A stretch of DNA of 57,402 nucleotides from Kiritimatiellia bacterium (GTDB taxonomy: Bacteria; Verrucomicrobiota; Kiritimatiellia; RFP12; UBA1067). A program made the position numbers and the translations under genes. Shown here one piece after another: positions 47,077 to 55,585 of this stretch (position 1 is its first letter; the number at the start of each line of letters is the position of its first letter). The stretch covers positions 1 through 57,402 of the forward strand of contig JAZSLQ010000114.1 in assembly GCA_045535455.1 (NCBI GenBank), written 5' to 3'. The notes beneath the pieces are model-generated. The model had not been told where the DNA came from. It saw only the letters and a list, made by a program, of their open reading frames with translations, and ran no database searches.

Positions 47077-48344
47077 TGAGTGAATTTCTCGACAGTCTCG
47101 CGGCACGGAGGCGGTTTGGCATGCGGCCGTCTCTCGATGCGATTGGCGGCGTATGTGCCGCGCTCGGCGATCCTCAGAAGAATCTACGCGCAATTCATGT
47201 CGCTGGCACGAACGGGAAGGGCGCAGTTTGCGCGATGATCGACGCGTGCCTTCGTGCGGATGGTCTCAGAATAGGTCGCTACACCTCGCCCCATCTCGTC
47301 CGCATCAACGAACGCTTCGTGCTTGACGGCAATCCTGTCTCCGACGATAAGTTGGAAAAATGTTCAAAAATTGTTGAGGAGGCAATCTCTCGCTGGGGAC
47401 AGACCCTGGGAAAAAAGGGGCTGTCCCCAATAGAAGTCACTTTTTTCGAGGCGTTGACGGCTGTCGCTTTCGTCTTGTATGCAGATGAGGCGTTAGACTA
47501 TGCCGTTCTCGAGACGGGGCTTGGCGGTCGGCTTGACGCGACGAACATCTGTGTGCCGGAGATTTGCATCATAACGAAGATCGGGCTCGATCACTGCGAC
47601 TGGCTTGGCGACACCGTTGAGAAGATTGCCGCGGAAAAGGCGGGGATAATAAAGAAGGGCGTGCCTATAGTCCTTGGGAAGAACGACCCTGAGGTCATTG
47701 CGGTCGTGAAGGCTCGCGCAAGCGAGGTCGGTGCGCCGTTCTTCTATGCACCTGACATGGCGGACGAGTCGGAAATACCAGACGGTTTCTCCCTTGAGGG
47801 TGCGTTCAACCGCGAGAACGCCATCACCGCTCTCGCCGCGCTGAAAGTTCTCAAGAAGGGCTCGCGTGACGGGCTCTCGAATGTCGTCTGGCCGGGGCGG
47901 TTTCAGAGGGTCGGGCGTTTCATCATTGACGGGGCCCATAACCCCCCGGCAGCTCGTGCCCTTGCCGCCGCACTCAGTAAATACGCGCCTTTCGCGGGGT
48001 CTGTCCCCACGCTCATCGCCGGCTTTTGTGGCGACAAAGATGTCGACGAGACATTGCGGATTCTTGCCCCCCTTGTTGGGAAAGGAATCGCTGTCCGCAC
48101 GAACAATCCACGCTCGCTCGCCCCGGAGGAACTTGCGCGAAAGATGGAAGCCGCTGGGATTTCGGCGATTTCATGCGATTCTATTCATTTAGCGTTAGAA
48201 AAAATGGGGTCTGTCCCCAGCGGTTCTGGGGCTGATACGCTGATTTGTGGTTCGCTGTTCCTCGCAGGCGAGGCGCTTGCCGAGCTCGGTGCCTTTCCGT
48301 GGTTGGCAGACCGTTTCGATGCGGCAGAAATCCTGAAGGTTTGA
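47076..48344 (+). CDS. folC: Folylpolyglutamate/dihydrofolate synthase
   Basis: HVAGTNGKG, YTSPHL, ETGLGGRLDATN, EKAGIIK, WPGRF, DGAHNP, GSLFL. Confidence 0.93.
   Translation: MSEFLDSLAARRRFGMRPSLDAIGGVCAALGDPQKNLRAIHVAGTNGKGAVCAMIDACLRADGLRIGRYTSPHLVRINERFVLDGNPVSDDKLEKCSKIVEEAISRWGQTLGKKGLSPIEVTFFEALTAVAFVLYADEALDYAVLETGLGGRLDATNICVPEICIITKIGLDHCDWLGDTVEKIAAEKAGIIKKGVPIVLGKNDPEVIAVVKARASEVGAPFFYAPDMADESEIPDGFSLEGAFNRENAITALAALKVLKKGSRDGLSNVVWPGRFQRVGRFIIDGAHNPPAARALAAALSKYAPFAGSVPTLIAGFCGDKDVDETLRILAPLVGKGIAVRTNNPRSLAPEELARKMEAAGISAISCDSIHLALEKMGSVPSGSGADTLICGSLFLAGEALAELGAFPWLADRFDAAEILKV
47394..47429. repeat. In-frame inverted REP-like pair inside folC
   Basis: TGGGGACAGACCCT-N8-AGGGGCTGTCCCCA; further single units at 47996-48008 and 48206-48218. 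Confidence 0.85.
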
Positions 48345-48358
48345 TATAATCTACTGCG

Positions 48359-49588
48359 ATGAAGAAGAAGAGAGGAACGCTTGCACTTGTATCGCTCGGC
48401 TGCGCTAAGAACGCAGTCGATCTGCAGGTCATGACTGGCAATCTTTTGAAGGAGGGCTGGGCTCTCTCTCCCGATCCCGACTGCGCAGATGTCGTAATCG
48501 TCAATACTTGCTCTTTTATCGCCTCAGCGCGCGAGGAGGCGGAGGCCGAGATACTTCGCGCGATTGAGCTCAAGAAGATCGGCCGCTACGGAAAGGTCGT
48601 CGTCGCGGGGTGCTATCCGCAGCGCTACCCCGAGCTCAAGGGCGCGTTTCCCGGCGTGGACGAATGGGGCGGTGTTCCGAAGGACTGGATTGAGCCGAAG
48701 ATGCCGGCGCTTCGCCTCACCGGAAAGGCGTTCGCATACCTCAAGATCGCCGAAGGGTGCGCACATCGCTGCGCCTACTGCGCGATTCCTCTAATTCGCG
48801 GCAAGTACCGCTCACGCCCGCTCAGGTCGATACTTAAGGAGGCGCGTTCGCTCGTGGCGACGGGGTGCCGCGAAATCAACGTCATCGCGCAAGATCCGAT
48901 GCTTTGGCGCGAGGGAAAGAAGTCGCTTCCCGATCTCCTTTGGGCGCTCGACAAGATTCCTGGCGACTTCTGGGTGCGCGTCCTCTACAGTTATCCGAGC
49001 GAGATATCAGAGGATTTTCTCGTCTGGATGCTCACGTCGAAACACGCCGTCCGCTACATCGACGTGCCGCTCCAGCACACTGTTCCTGAAGTCCTCGAGA
49101 AGATGAACCGCAAGGCCGCGATAGCCGATTCGCTCGCGGCGGCCGAGTTCCTGCGCGATGTCGTCCCCGGAATTACGCTGAGGACGACGATAATGACTGG
49201 CTTCCCCGGCGAGACCGAGGCGCGTTTCAGGAAGCTCATGGCCGACTTGCGGCGCATGCAGTTCGACCACCTCGGCTGCTTCGCGTATTCGCCGGAGAAG
49301 GGCACGAAGGGCGCGCTTCTTGGCGGGCGTCCTTCGCGAGCGGTTGCGCTCGCACGAGAGAAGGCGGTGATGGGGCTTGCGAAGGAGATATGGAAGGCGC
49401 GGTCGAAGCGGCTTGTCGGCGAGACGTTCCGCGCGCTCGTCGTTGCGCCTGGCGTGGCGCGGCTTGAGTCTCAGGCGCCCGATGTCGACGGAGTGACTTA
49501 TATTGAGGGCAACGCCAATGTCGGTGAATTCGTCAGTGTTCGCATAGAGAAGGTCGAGGGCTTCGACTTCAGGGGAAAGGTCGTTTGA
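48359..49588 (+). CDS. rimO: Ribosomal protein S12 methylthiotransferase RimO
   Basis: SLGCAKNAVD, NTCSFI, YLKIAEGC...C.YC.IP, QAPDVDG; TGATATAAT 8 nt upstream. Confidence 0.9.
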   Translation: MKKKRGTLALVSLGCAKNAVDLQVMTGNLLKEGWALSPDPDCADVVIVNTCSFIASAREEAEAEILRAIELKKIGRYGKVVVAGCYPQRYPELKGAFPGVDEWGGVPKDWIEPKMPALRLTGKAFAYLKIAEGCAHRCAYCAIPLIRGKYRSRPLRSILKEARSLVATGCREINVIAQDPMLWREGKKSLPDLLWALDKIPGDFWVRVLYSYPSEISEDFLVWMLTSKHAVRYIDVPLQHTVPEVLEKMNRKAAIADSLAAAEFLRDVVPGITLRTTIMTGFPGETEARFRKLMADLRRMQFDHLGCFAYSPEKGTKGALLGGRPSRAVALAREKAVMGLAKEIWKARSKRLVGETFRALVVAPGVARLESQAPDVDGVTYIEGNANVGEFVSVRIEKVEGFDFRGKVV

Positions 49589-50526
49589 AGATGCGTCGCC
49601 CGATTCCATACATCAACGAGGAAGTCTCGAACAGAGATCTAAAGTACTACATCTTCGATTGGGACGACAATATTCTCCACATGCCGACGCGCATCAAGAT
49701 GGAGCATCGCGATACAGTCGACAGTCCGTGGAAGCCGGTGGAAGTTTCGACTGCCACCTTTGCGCTCGTCCGCGCCGACGAGGATCACTATCGCGCTCCT
49801 GGCGGGGTGTGGGCTGACGCGTTCAGGAACTTCGAGGACGCGCCTGGACGCGACAATTTCATCGAGGACACGATTGCCGCGCTTGAGAAGATCGAGCACG
49901 GCGAAAAGCCGTCGCCGAGCTTCTACACTTTCAAGAAGACTTTGATCGAGGGTCGCATTTTCGCCATCGTGACGGCTCGCGGACATGCTCCCGAGACGAT
50001 AGAGAGGGCGGTCAGGGTGTTCATCAAGTACGTCCTGACCGAAGAGGAGCGCGAGACGATGATGTCGAACCTTCGCGGCTACCGTCAGTGGATCGATGGC
50101 GTTGGCAACGGCGAGTTCGGCACGGACGCGGAGGAGCTCGACTACTACCTTGGCATGTGCCGCTACTCGGCAGTGACTTTTCAGGGCTTCAAGGAGCGCA
50201 TGGAGCGCGATCCGATATATCAGGAGAAGCTTGCCGTAGCGCCGACTGCGGCGAAGCCGGAGCTTGCGAAGGAGTTTGCGATACGCGATTTCGTGGAACA
50301 TATCTTCCACATGCTGCGTCGCAACGGCACTTCGGATCGCGCCGTTTCCATTGGCTTTTCTGACGACGACAAGGGCAACGTGAAGTGTGTTTCTGACTAC
50401 ATCCGCTCGGAGCTTTCGAAGCGCTTCGAGGGGATAAAGTTCGTAGTCTACGACACTTCCGACAGCACGCTCAGCAAAGGCCGCAAAGTATGTGTCTCCG
50501 GCCAGCTCAACCTCCCCGGATTTTAA
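49585..50526 (+). CDS. HAD-like hypothetical protein
   Basis: FDWDDN (motif I-like), IVTARGH, GFSDDD motifs. Confidence 0.6.
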   Translation: MKMRRPIPYINEEVSNRDLKYYIFDWDDNILHMPTRIKMEHRDTVDSPWKPVEVSTATFALVRADEDHYRAPGGVWADAFRNFEDAPGRDNFIEDTIAALEKIEHGEKPSPSFYTFKKTLIEGRIFAIVTARGHAPETIERAVRVFIKYVLTEEERETMMSNLRGYRQWIDGVGNGEFGTDAEELDYYLGMCRYSAVTFQGFKERMERDPIYQEKLAVAPTAAKPELAKEFAIRDFVEHIFHMLRRNGTSDRAVSIGFSDDDKGNVKCVSDYIRSELSKRFEGIKFVVYDTSDSTLSKGRKVCVSGQLNLPGF

Positions 50527-50538
50527 GTTAGGCGCCTC

Positions 50539-50619
50539 GGCGGCGGCCGAAGGCTCCTCCTCGCGGAACCTCGGCGAATACGCCGTATCCGCTCGCTCGG
50601 ACCTTCGCTCCGCTGCCTC
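50539..50619 (+). repeat. 81-bp structured repeat, copy 1
   Basis: 75/81 identical to the reverse complement of 54010-54090. Confidence 0.9.
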
Positions 50620-50684
50620 ACGCTTCGCGACGATTTCGCAAGGTTGGCGACAATGATGGGTGATTTTTGATACAATACCTGACA

Positions 50685-51830
50685 ATGAAAATCCTAATCG
50701 CGGTTTTGGATTGGATAAGGTGGATTGCCGGTATTTTGCTGGCAATGGCGATTCCGTTTGCCTGGATTTGCAGAGACGGATTGGGCCCGGATATGTACGA
50801 GTCGACTGGTTTTGAAGCAATCGTAAAGACGTTTTCCTCGCCCGAAATCTGGGGTTTGGCATTTGCGTTCATTGTTCTTTCCGCGGCAGTTCGCTTCTTG
50901 TCAACGCGTGGCGCAGGCGAGAAGAAGGTCGCGAAATGGTCTTGGCGCGAGTCCGCGTCTGTGTTTTCTGTTGCCTTTCTGCTGTGCTTGCTGGGCGTGG
51001 TCGCTTTCAGGGATTGGACGGACAGGGAAAGACTGCGCAAGGCGGAAGAGTGTTTGGCTTCGCATGCGGCGAAGTGGAATCGAACTGTCAATTTGCCGGT
51101 TGCTCCACATGGAGAGGCGCTGACGGCCGCCTCGCTGCCGGCTAAGAGTCTGTTCGCGGAAATCTTAATTAGAGACGAGAAAGGCGCGCTGCTGCCAGTT
51201 CCAAGGGCGACGATGGAAGGAGAAAGCCTCTCCGTGGAAAATGACGAGATTCGGGATGAAGCTGTTGCAGATGTCTTTAAACGTCAGACAGGGAAGGAGA
51301 GATTCGGGAGAGATGGGTTCTTTGCCTTTATAGGTGCAGACAAGGAGTGCAGTCATCGTTGTGTGGCAAGCCTCATCAATGGTCTTAACAGTTACGGGAT
51401 ATGGGATATCTTGATCGTGGCTCGTGAGAGTGGTGAGGCTGACGATGTACGGTTGGTGTCGTTCAAGATTTTGCGCCCTTATCCAGGTGTTTACCCAGAA
51501 GAAGATTTACATTTAGTTACAGAAGAGCCGTTCGATGAAGAGGACTTGTCAATTCATTATACTAAACCATTCTCGCTTGGGCAGCGGTTGACTTTCTTGG
51601 TTGGGAGGTCTGTCGACGGTTCTCTTGACGGTGCGCTGGTCTATTGCGACAAGCGGGTCTCTCTCGCCGAGCTTGACGATATCTTGGCGAATTTGGCTGG
51701 AAACCCCGAGACCAAGGGAAAGACCGTTGCCATAAAATGTACGGAGGGTTCGCCACATAAGGCGCTTGTGAATGTCCTCGACATCCTTTACAAGCACAAT
51801 TTCAAACGCGTGTATCTCTTGACGCTATGA
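50685..51830 (+). CDS. Membrane protein with two ExbD-like periplasmic domains
   Basis: Three N-terminal TMs; IGADKECSHRCVASLINGL and VAIKCTEGSPHKALVNVLDIL segments; TGATACAAT 8 nt before ATG 50685. Confidence 0.55.
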   Translation: MKILIAVLDWIRWIAGILLAMAIPFAWICRDGLGPDMYESTGFEAIVKTFSSPEIWGLAFAFIVLSAAVRFLSTRGAGEKKVAKWSWRESASVFSVAFLLCLLGVVAFRDWTDRERLRKAEECLASHAAKWNRTVNLPVAPHGEALTAASLPAKSLFAEILIRDEKGALLPVPRATMEGESLSVENDEIRDEAVADVFKRQTGKERFGRDGFFAFIGADKECSHRCVASLINGLNSYGIWDILIVARESGEADDVRLVSFKILRPYPGVYPEEDLHLVTEEPFDEEDLSIHYTKPFSLGQRLTFLVGRSVDGSLDGALVYCDKRVSLAELDDILANLAGNPETKGKTVAIKCTEGSPHKALVNVLDILYKHNFKRVYLLTL

Positions 51831-52735
51831 AGAAAGTTTTCAACATTCTGTGGCGGGTGGTGGCGAGCGTGTGGATGCCGCCGGTGGCGCTGGTTGGCAT
51901 TGTGCTGGCCATATTTGTTGAAGATGTGTTGTGGTCTAAGTATCCTGCACTGCTGGTGCGGTGTATGCTTGCCTGCGAGTGGATTGTGTCGAAGCACCTT
52001 GGGTTCATTTTAATTCTTGTTTCGGCAATTTCCGCTGTTCTCTTTTTCTGTGATCTTGCGCGGAAGAAATGGCGGCGCGCTCTGGCGCGGGTCGGACTGT
52101 TTGCAGTTGGATTTGCAACGATGTGGTGGATTGGAGACTGTTACATTCACAATTTTCGCGGCCATCAGGTCTCGGCAATTGAGATTTGCGTCGCGGGAAA
52201 AGATACTGCAAAGATTGGGGAAAAGTCCTTCTCGCCCGACGAGCTTTTCAAGATTCTTCGCTTGGTTCATCTGAAAACTCGTGCTGACAGCGTCGCCTTT
52301 GTCATTGGTGAGGATATCGGCTTTCAGGATTTCTGGAGCTGTTTCCTCAATCGGTGCAGCGTGGTCGGTATATGGCATTTGGCGTTCAGAACGGCTGATG
52401 GGGAGTGGCCGTTTCTTTATACGGACGGAATTCATGTAGATTACATGTGTGATCCAAAAATTGCCGCTGTTCGGATAGGGGAAGGGGGCGTTCTTTCGTT
52501 TGAAGACGATTTTCATTTGGATGTTGTGGAAGAAGAAGAGAACAGTGTTGCCAATCAAGGTGGGTTTAACCTTTTCAATGACAGTGAGTCCGCCGTCTTC
52601 GGTGATGGTGTATCGGCACGGTATGTCGCTGCGGCTGTTGTGGTCAATTCGAATTGCAGAATATCGCTCGTCGCTGCCTGTGTCAAACGCTTGAACGAAG
52701 CAGGGTTTCATTATGTGTTTGTGTTATATACATGA
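51827..52735 (+). CDS. Membrane protein with ExbD-like segments
   Basis: Three TMs followed by degenerate ExbD-like beta-alpha-beta segments; ATGA overlap. Confidence 0.5.
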   Translation: MKKVFNILWRVVASVWMPPVALVGIVLAIFVEDVLWSKYPALLVRCMLACEWIVSKHLGFILILVSAISAVLFFCDLARKKWRRALARVGLFAVGFATMWWIGDCYIHNFRGHQVSAIEICVAGKDTAKIGEKSFSPDELFKILRLVHLKTRADSVAFVIGEDIGFQDFWSCFLNRCSVVGIWHLAFRTADGEWPFLYTDGIHVDYMCDPKIAAVRIGEGGVLSFEDDFHLDVVEEEENSVANQGGFNLFNDSESAVFGDGVSARYVAAAVVVNSNCRISLVAACVKRLNEAGFHYVFVLYT

Positions 52736-52754
52736 GCGGCAGTAGGCGGCAGAG

Positions 52755-52779
52755 CCGTTGTAAAAGGGCTGTTTGTGCG
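52755..52779 (+). other. Recurrent site C
   Basis: CCGTTGTAAA-AGGGCTG-TTTGTGCG. Confidence 0.7.
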
Positions 52780-52851
52780 TTGCAGCGGCCCTTGCGGGGC
52801 TACACGGCCAAAGTGAATTTATGATATAATATCGGCATCAAAAGAAACAAC

Positions 52852-53271
52852 ATGAGCCGGCTTTCGTTTAAGTCTTTTTGTATAGAGTACTATGCGCGAC
52901 ATATCGGTTCTACGGGAGCCGATGTTTACAAGATGTTTTTGGATAGTGGTCTCCTTAAGACTCTTGATGATGATTATGAGGATCTCCACGGGCTTGGATG
53001 GGAAGCTCTGATGCCGATGTTCGATAAATATCTTGGGAGGTCTGGAATATCTGCGCTGATGGATGAAGACCATACGCTGATCCGGGCGACGCTGGTTCCT
53101 GCGATAGTCGACTACCTTGCGACGCATTACAATGTTTCAGAAGACAGTGCGATGGAAATGTTCTATCGCTCGAAGACTGCTCAGGCTTTTGCGGATGACG
53201 ATCTTGGGCTTTATGGTCAAAGCGCACTGAATATTGCCAGCAACGTGATACAAGAGCGCGAAGCTGTCTGA
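52852..53271 (+). CDS. DUF3791-family protein (putative antitoxin-like, two-domain)
   Basis: FCIEYYA...VY..F...G.......YEDLHG motif plus FYRSKT....D...LY.QS second half; own TGATATAAT promoter. Confidence 0.65.
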   Translation: MSRLSFKSFCIEYYARHIGSTGADVYKMFLDSGLLKTLDDDYEDLHGLGWEALMPMFDKYLGRSGISALMDEDHTLIRATLVPAIVDYLATHYNVSEDSAMEMFYRSKTAQAFADDDLGLYGQSALNIASNVIQEREAV

Positions 53272-53331
53272 ATGGCCTGGGAATGGCCATAGGACAGCTT
53301 CATTGTAAAAGGCCATGTTTGATAGTACAAT

Positions 53332-53952
53332 ATGAAGGTGTCGCGGAAGATTGTGGGTGCAGAAAGCGTGACTGTCGTTACCTGGCCGGTGCAGATTCCA
53401 GGATGCTTTCTTCTTCTCTGGCTCTTGGTCTGGTCGCCGGGGGTTGTGCTCGCGGCGCATTACTTTTTGACGGCGGAAACCATTAAAAGTTCAGGACTGC
53501 TGTCTGGCTTGCCGGGATGGTTGCAGGCCTCGATAGTCATGACGATGCTTTTGTCCGTCTGGTGTCTTGCTTTATGGGGAGTTCTTCTCTCGTTCTTCGG
53601 CAAGAAAGAGATTCGGCTTGGGGCGAAGTGGGGCGAGTGCTTCACCGGCGTAGGACGGTTTGGATGCAAGAAGCGTTTCCGCGTCGAGCCGGGATCGAAG
53701 CTCCTCATTGAGAAGCGTTTTGTCGAATACGCAGAACGTCCGAGCGGCACGGTCTATTGCTTGGTGCTGCGAAACTATGTCGAAAAGGATTTGCACCTGC
53801 TTGATACCTTTGACTATGGCGAATGCAAGGACTTGCAGGATGCGCTCGTTGGGGCGAACAGCGACCTTGAGGCCGTGTTGTTCCCGCCTGACTACACCGA
53901 GGAGACGCCGCATTTCACCTTCAAGGGCAAGATAAAGGCGACAAGGAAATAA
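53332..53952 (+). CDS. Hypothetical two-TM membrane protein
   Basis: 206-aa ORF with two hydrophobic segments, followed by a terminator. Confidence 0.6.
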   Translation: MKVSRKIVGAESVTVVTWPVQIPGCFLLLWLLVWSPGVVLAAHYFLTAETIKSSGLLSGLPGWLQASIVMTMLLSVWCLALWGVLLSFFGKKEIRLGAKWGECFTGVGRFGCKKRFRVEPGSKLLIEKRFVEYAERPSGTVYCLVLRNYVEKDLHLLDTFDYGECKDLQDALVGANSDLEAVLFPPDYTEETPHFTFKGKIKATRK

Positions 53953-53990
53953 AAAAGAGGCGCCCGGCGTGAAGCCGAGCGTCTCTTTTT
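53951..53990. terminator. Bidirectional intrinsic terminator
   Basis: AAAAAAGAGGCGCCCGGC-GTGAA-GCCGAGCGTCTCTTTTT between convergent genes. Confidence 0.85.
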
Positions 53991-54009
53991 CAGAACTTTC
54001 TTCGGTAGC

Positions 54010-54090
54010 GAGGCGGTGGAGCGAATGTCCGAGCGAGCGGATACGGCGTATTCGCCGAGGGTCGGCGAGGAGGAGCATTCGGCCGCCGCC
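54010..54090 (-). repeat. 81-bp structured repeat, copy 2
   Basis: Inverted copy of 50539-50619, located 10 nt after the gdhA stop. Confidence 0.9.
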
Positions 54091-54100
54091 TCGCAGCTGC

Positions 54101-55474
54101 TTAGCAGACGCCCTGCGCGACCATCGCGTCGGCGACCTTCGTGAAGCCGGCGATGTTGGCACCGACAACGTAGTTGCCTTTCTTGCCGTACTTGGCGGCC
54201 GACTCCCACGCGTTGTCGTGGATGGCCTTCATGATGCCCTTGAGCTTCGCATCGACTTCCTCGCGGCTCCAGGAGAGGCGCTCGGAGTTCTGCGACATCT
54301 CGAGACCCGAGGTCGCGACGCCGCCGGCGTTCGACGCCTTGCCGGGCGAGTACATGATCTTCGCCTTGACAAACGCATCGATCGCGTCAGGCGTCGAAGG
54401 CATGTTCGCGCCTTCGCCGACGAGCGTGCAGCCGTGCTTGAGGAGGTACGCGGCGTCCTTGCCGTTGAGCTCGTTCTGGCGGGCGCACGGGAAGGCTGCG
54501 TCGATCTTGTCGGTGAGCTGCCAGCTGTTGACGCCCTTGAAGAACTTGACGGCCTTCGTCTTCTTGGCGAAGTCGGCGAGCTCGCCGCGCGTCACGTTCT
54601 TGAGGTACATGATGTCCTTGAGCATCTTCTCCGTAATGCCACTCTCGCAGAGGATCGCGCCAGAGCGGTCGGAAAGGGTGAGAACCTTCGCTCCGAGCTG
54701 CATGAGCTTTTCGGCCGCGAAGCTCGCGACATTGCCCGAACCGGAAATGACGCAGCGCTTGCCCTCGAAGGTCTGGCCGCGCTTCGCAAGCATATTCTCG
54801 GCGAAGTAGACATCGCCGTAGCCGGTCGCCTCGGGACGGATCAGCGAGCCGCCGAAGGAGAGGCCCTTGCCCGTGAGAACGCCCGTCCACTCGTTGGCGA
54901 GGCGCTTGTACTGGCCGAAGAGGTAGCCGATTTCGCGGCCGCCGACATTCATGTCGCCGGTGGGAACGTCGGTGTCAGGACCGATATTGCGGAAGAGCTC
55001 AGTCATGAAGCTCTGGCAGAAGCGCATAACCTCGGCATCGCTGCGGCGCTTGCCAGGGGTGGGGGGGCTCTGCTTCGGGTTGTAGTCGGAACCACCCTTG
55101 CCGCCGCCCATCGGGAGCGTCGTGAGCGAGTTCTTGAAGACCTGCTCGAACGCGAGGAACTTGAGGACGGAGAGGTTGACCGAGGGGTCGAAGCGGAGAC
55201 CGCCTTTGTACGGACCGATCGCGCTGTTCTGCTGGATGCGGTAGCCGCGGTTGACGCGGACCTTGCCCGTGTCGTCCACCCACGGAACGCGGAATATAAC
55301 AACGCGTTCAGGCTCGACGATGCGCTCGAGAATCGCGTTCTGTTCATACTGCGGATTCGCCTTGAGGACCGGGTCGAGCGTGAGGAGCACTTCCTCGGCG
55401 GCCTGGATGAACTCGGGTTCGTTCGCGTTCTTCGCCTTGAGGTTCTTCAAGACGCTGTCAACGTATTTGCTCAT
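54101..55474 (-). CDS. gdhA: NADP-specific glutamate dehydrogenase
   Basis: EPEFIQA, GPYKGGLRF, GGGKGGSD, RPEATGYG, SGSGNVA, EGANMP, NAGGVATS. Confidence 0.96.
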   Translation of the reverse strand: MSKYVDSVLKNLKAKNANEPEFIQAAEEVLLTLDPVLKANPQYEQNAILERIVEPERVVIFRVPWVDDTGKVRVNRGYRIQQNSAIGPYKGGLRFDPSVNLSVLKFLAFEQVFKNSLTTLPMGGGKGGSDYNPKQSPPTPGKRRSDAEVMRFCQSFMTELFRNIGPDTDVPTGDMNVGGREIGYLFGQYKRLANEWTGVLTGKGLSFGGSLIRPEATGYGDVYFAENMLAKRGQTFEGKRCVISGSGNVASFAAEKLMQLGAKVLTLSDRSGAILCESGITEKMLKDIMYLKNVTRGELADFAKKTKAVKFFKGVNSWQLTDKIDAAFPCARQNELNGKDAAYLLKHGCTLVGEGANMPSTPDAIDAFVKAKIMYSPGKASNAGGVATSGLEMSQNSERLSWSREEVDAKLKGIMKAIHDNAWESAAKYGKKGNYVVGANIAGFTKVADAMVAQGVC

Positions 55475-55536
55475 GTTAACCTTCGTTGTTTGTTGTTGTT
55501 TTGGGTTAAGACCGTTAAGACCTTTTAGAATATATT

Positions 55537-55552
55537 AGCAAATATCGTGCCA
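55537..55552 (-). promoter_or_regulatory. Sigma54 -24/-12 promoter of gdhA
   Basis: TGGCAC-GATAT-TTGCT, exact TGGCAC-N5-TTGCW consensus. Confidence 0.85.
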
Positions 55553-55585
55553 ATGGGCTAGAGAAGGGCATTTTGGGGTTATTTG

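Noticed and set aside
34669-53321. Classical integron attC or Xer dif interpretation of the recurrent site
   Set aside because: No RYYYAAC...GTTRRRY hairpin, no TTATGTTAAAT XerD arm, and no integrase in the window.
53969-55528. 519-aa ORF antisense to gdhA, and similar long antisense ORFs over fadD, wzc, pgi, rpoN, metY and the activator
   Set aside because: In-frame shadow ORFs expected from GC3-biased codons; no motifs or translation signals.
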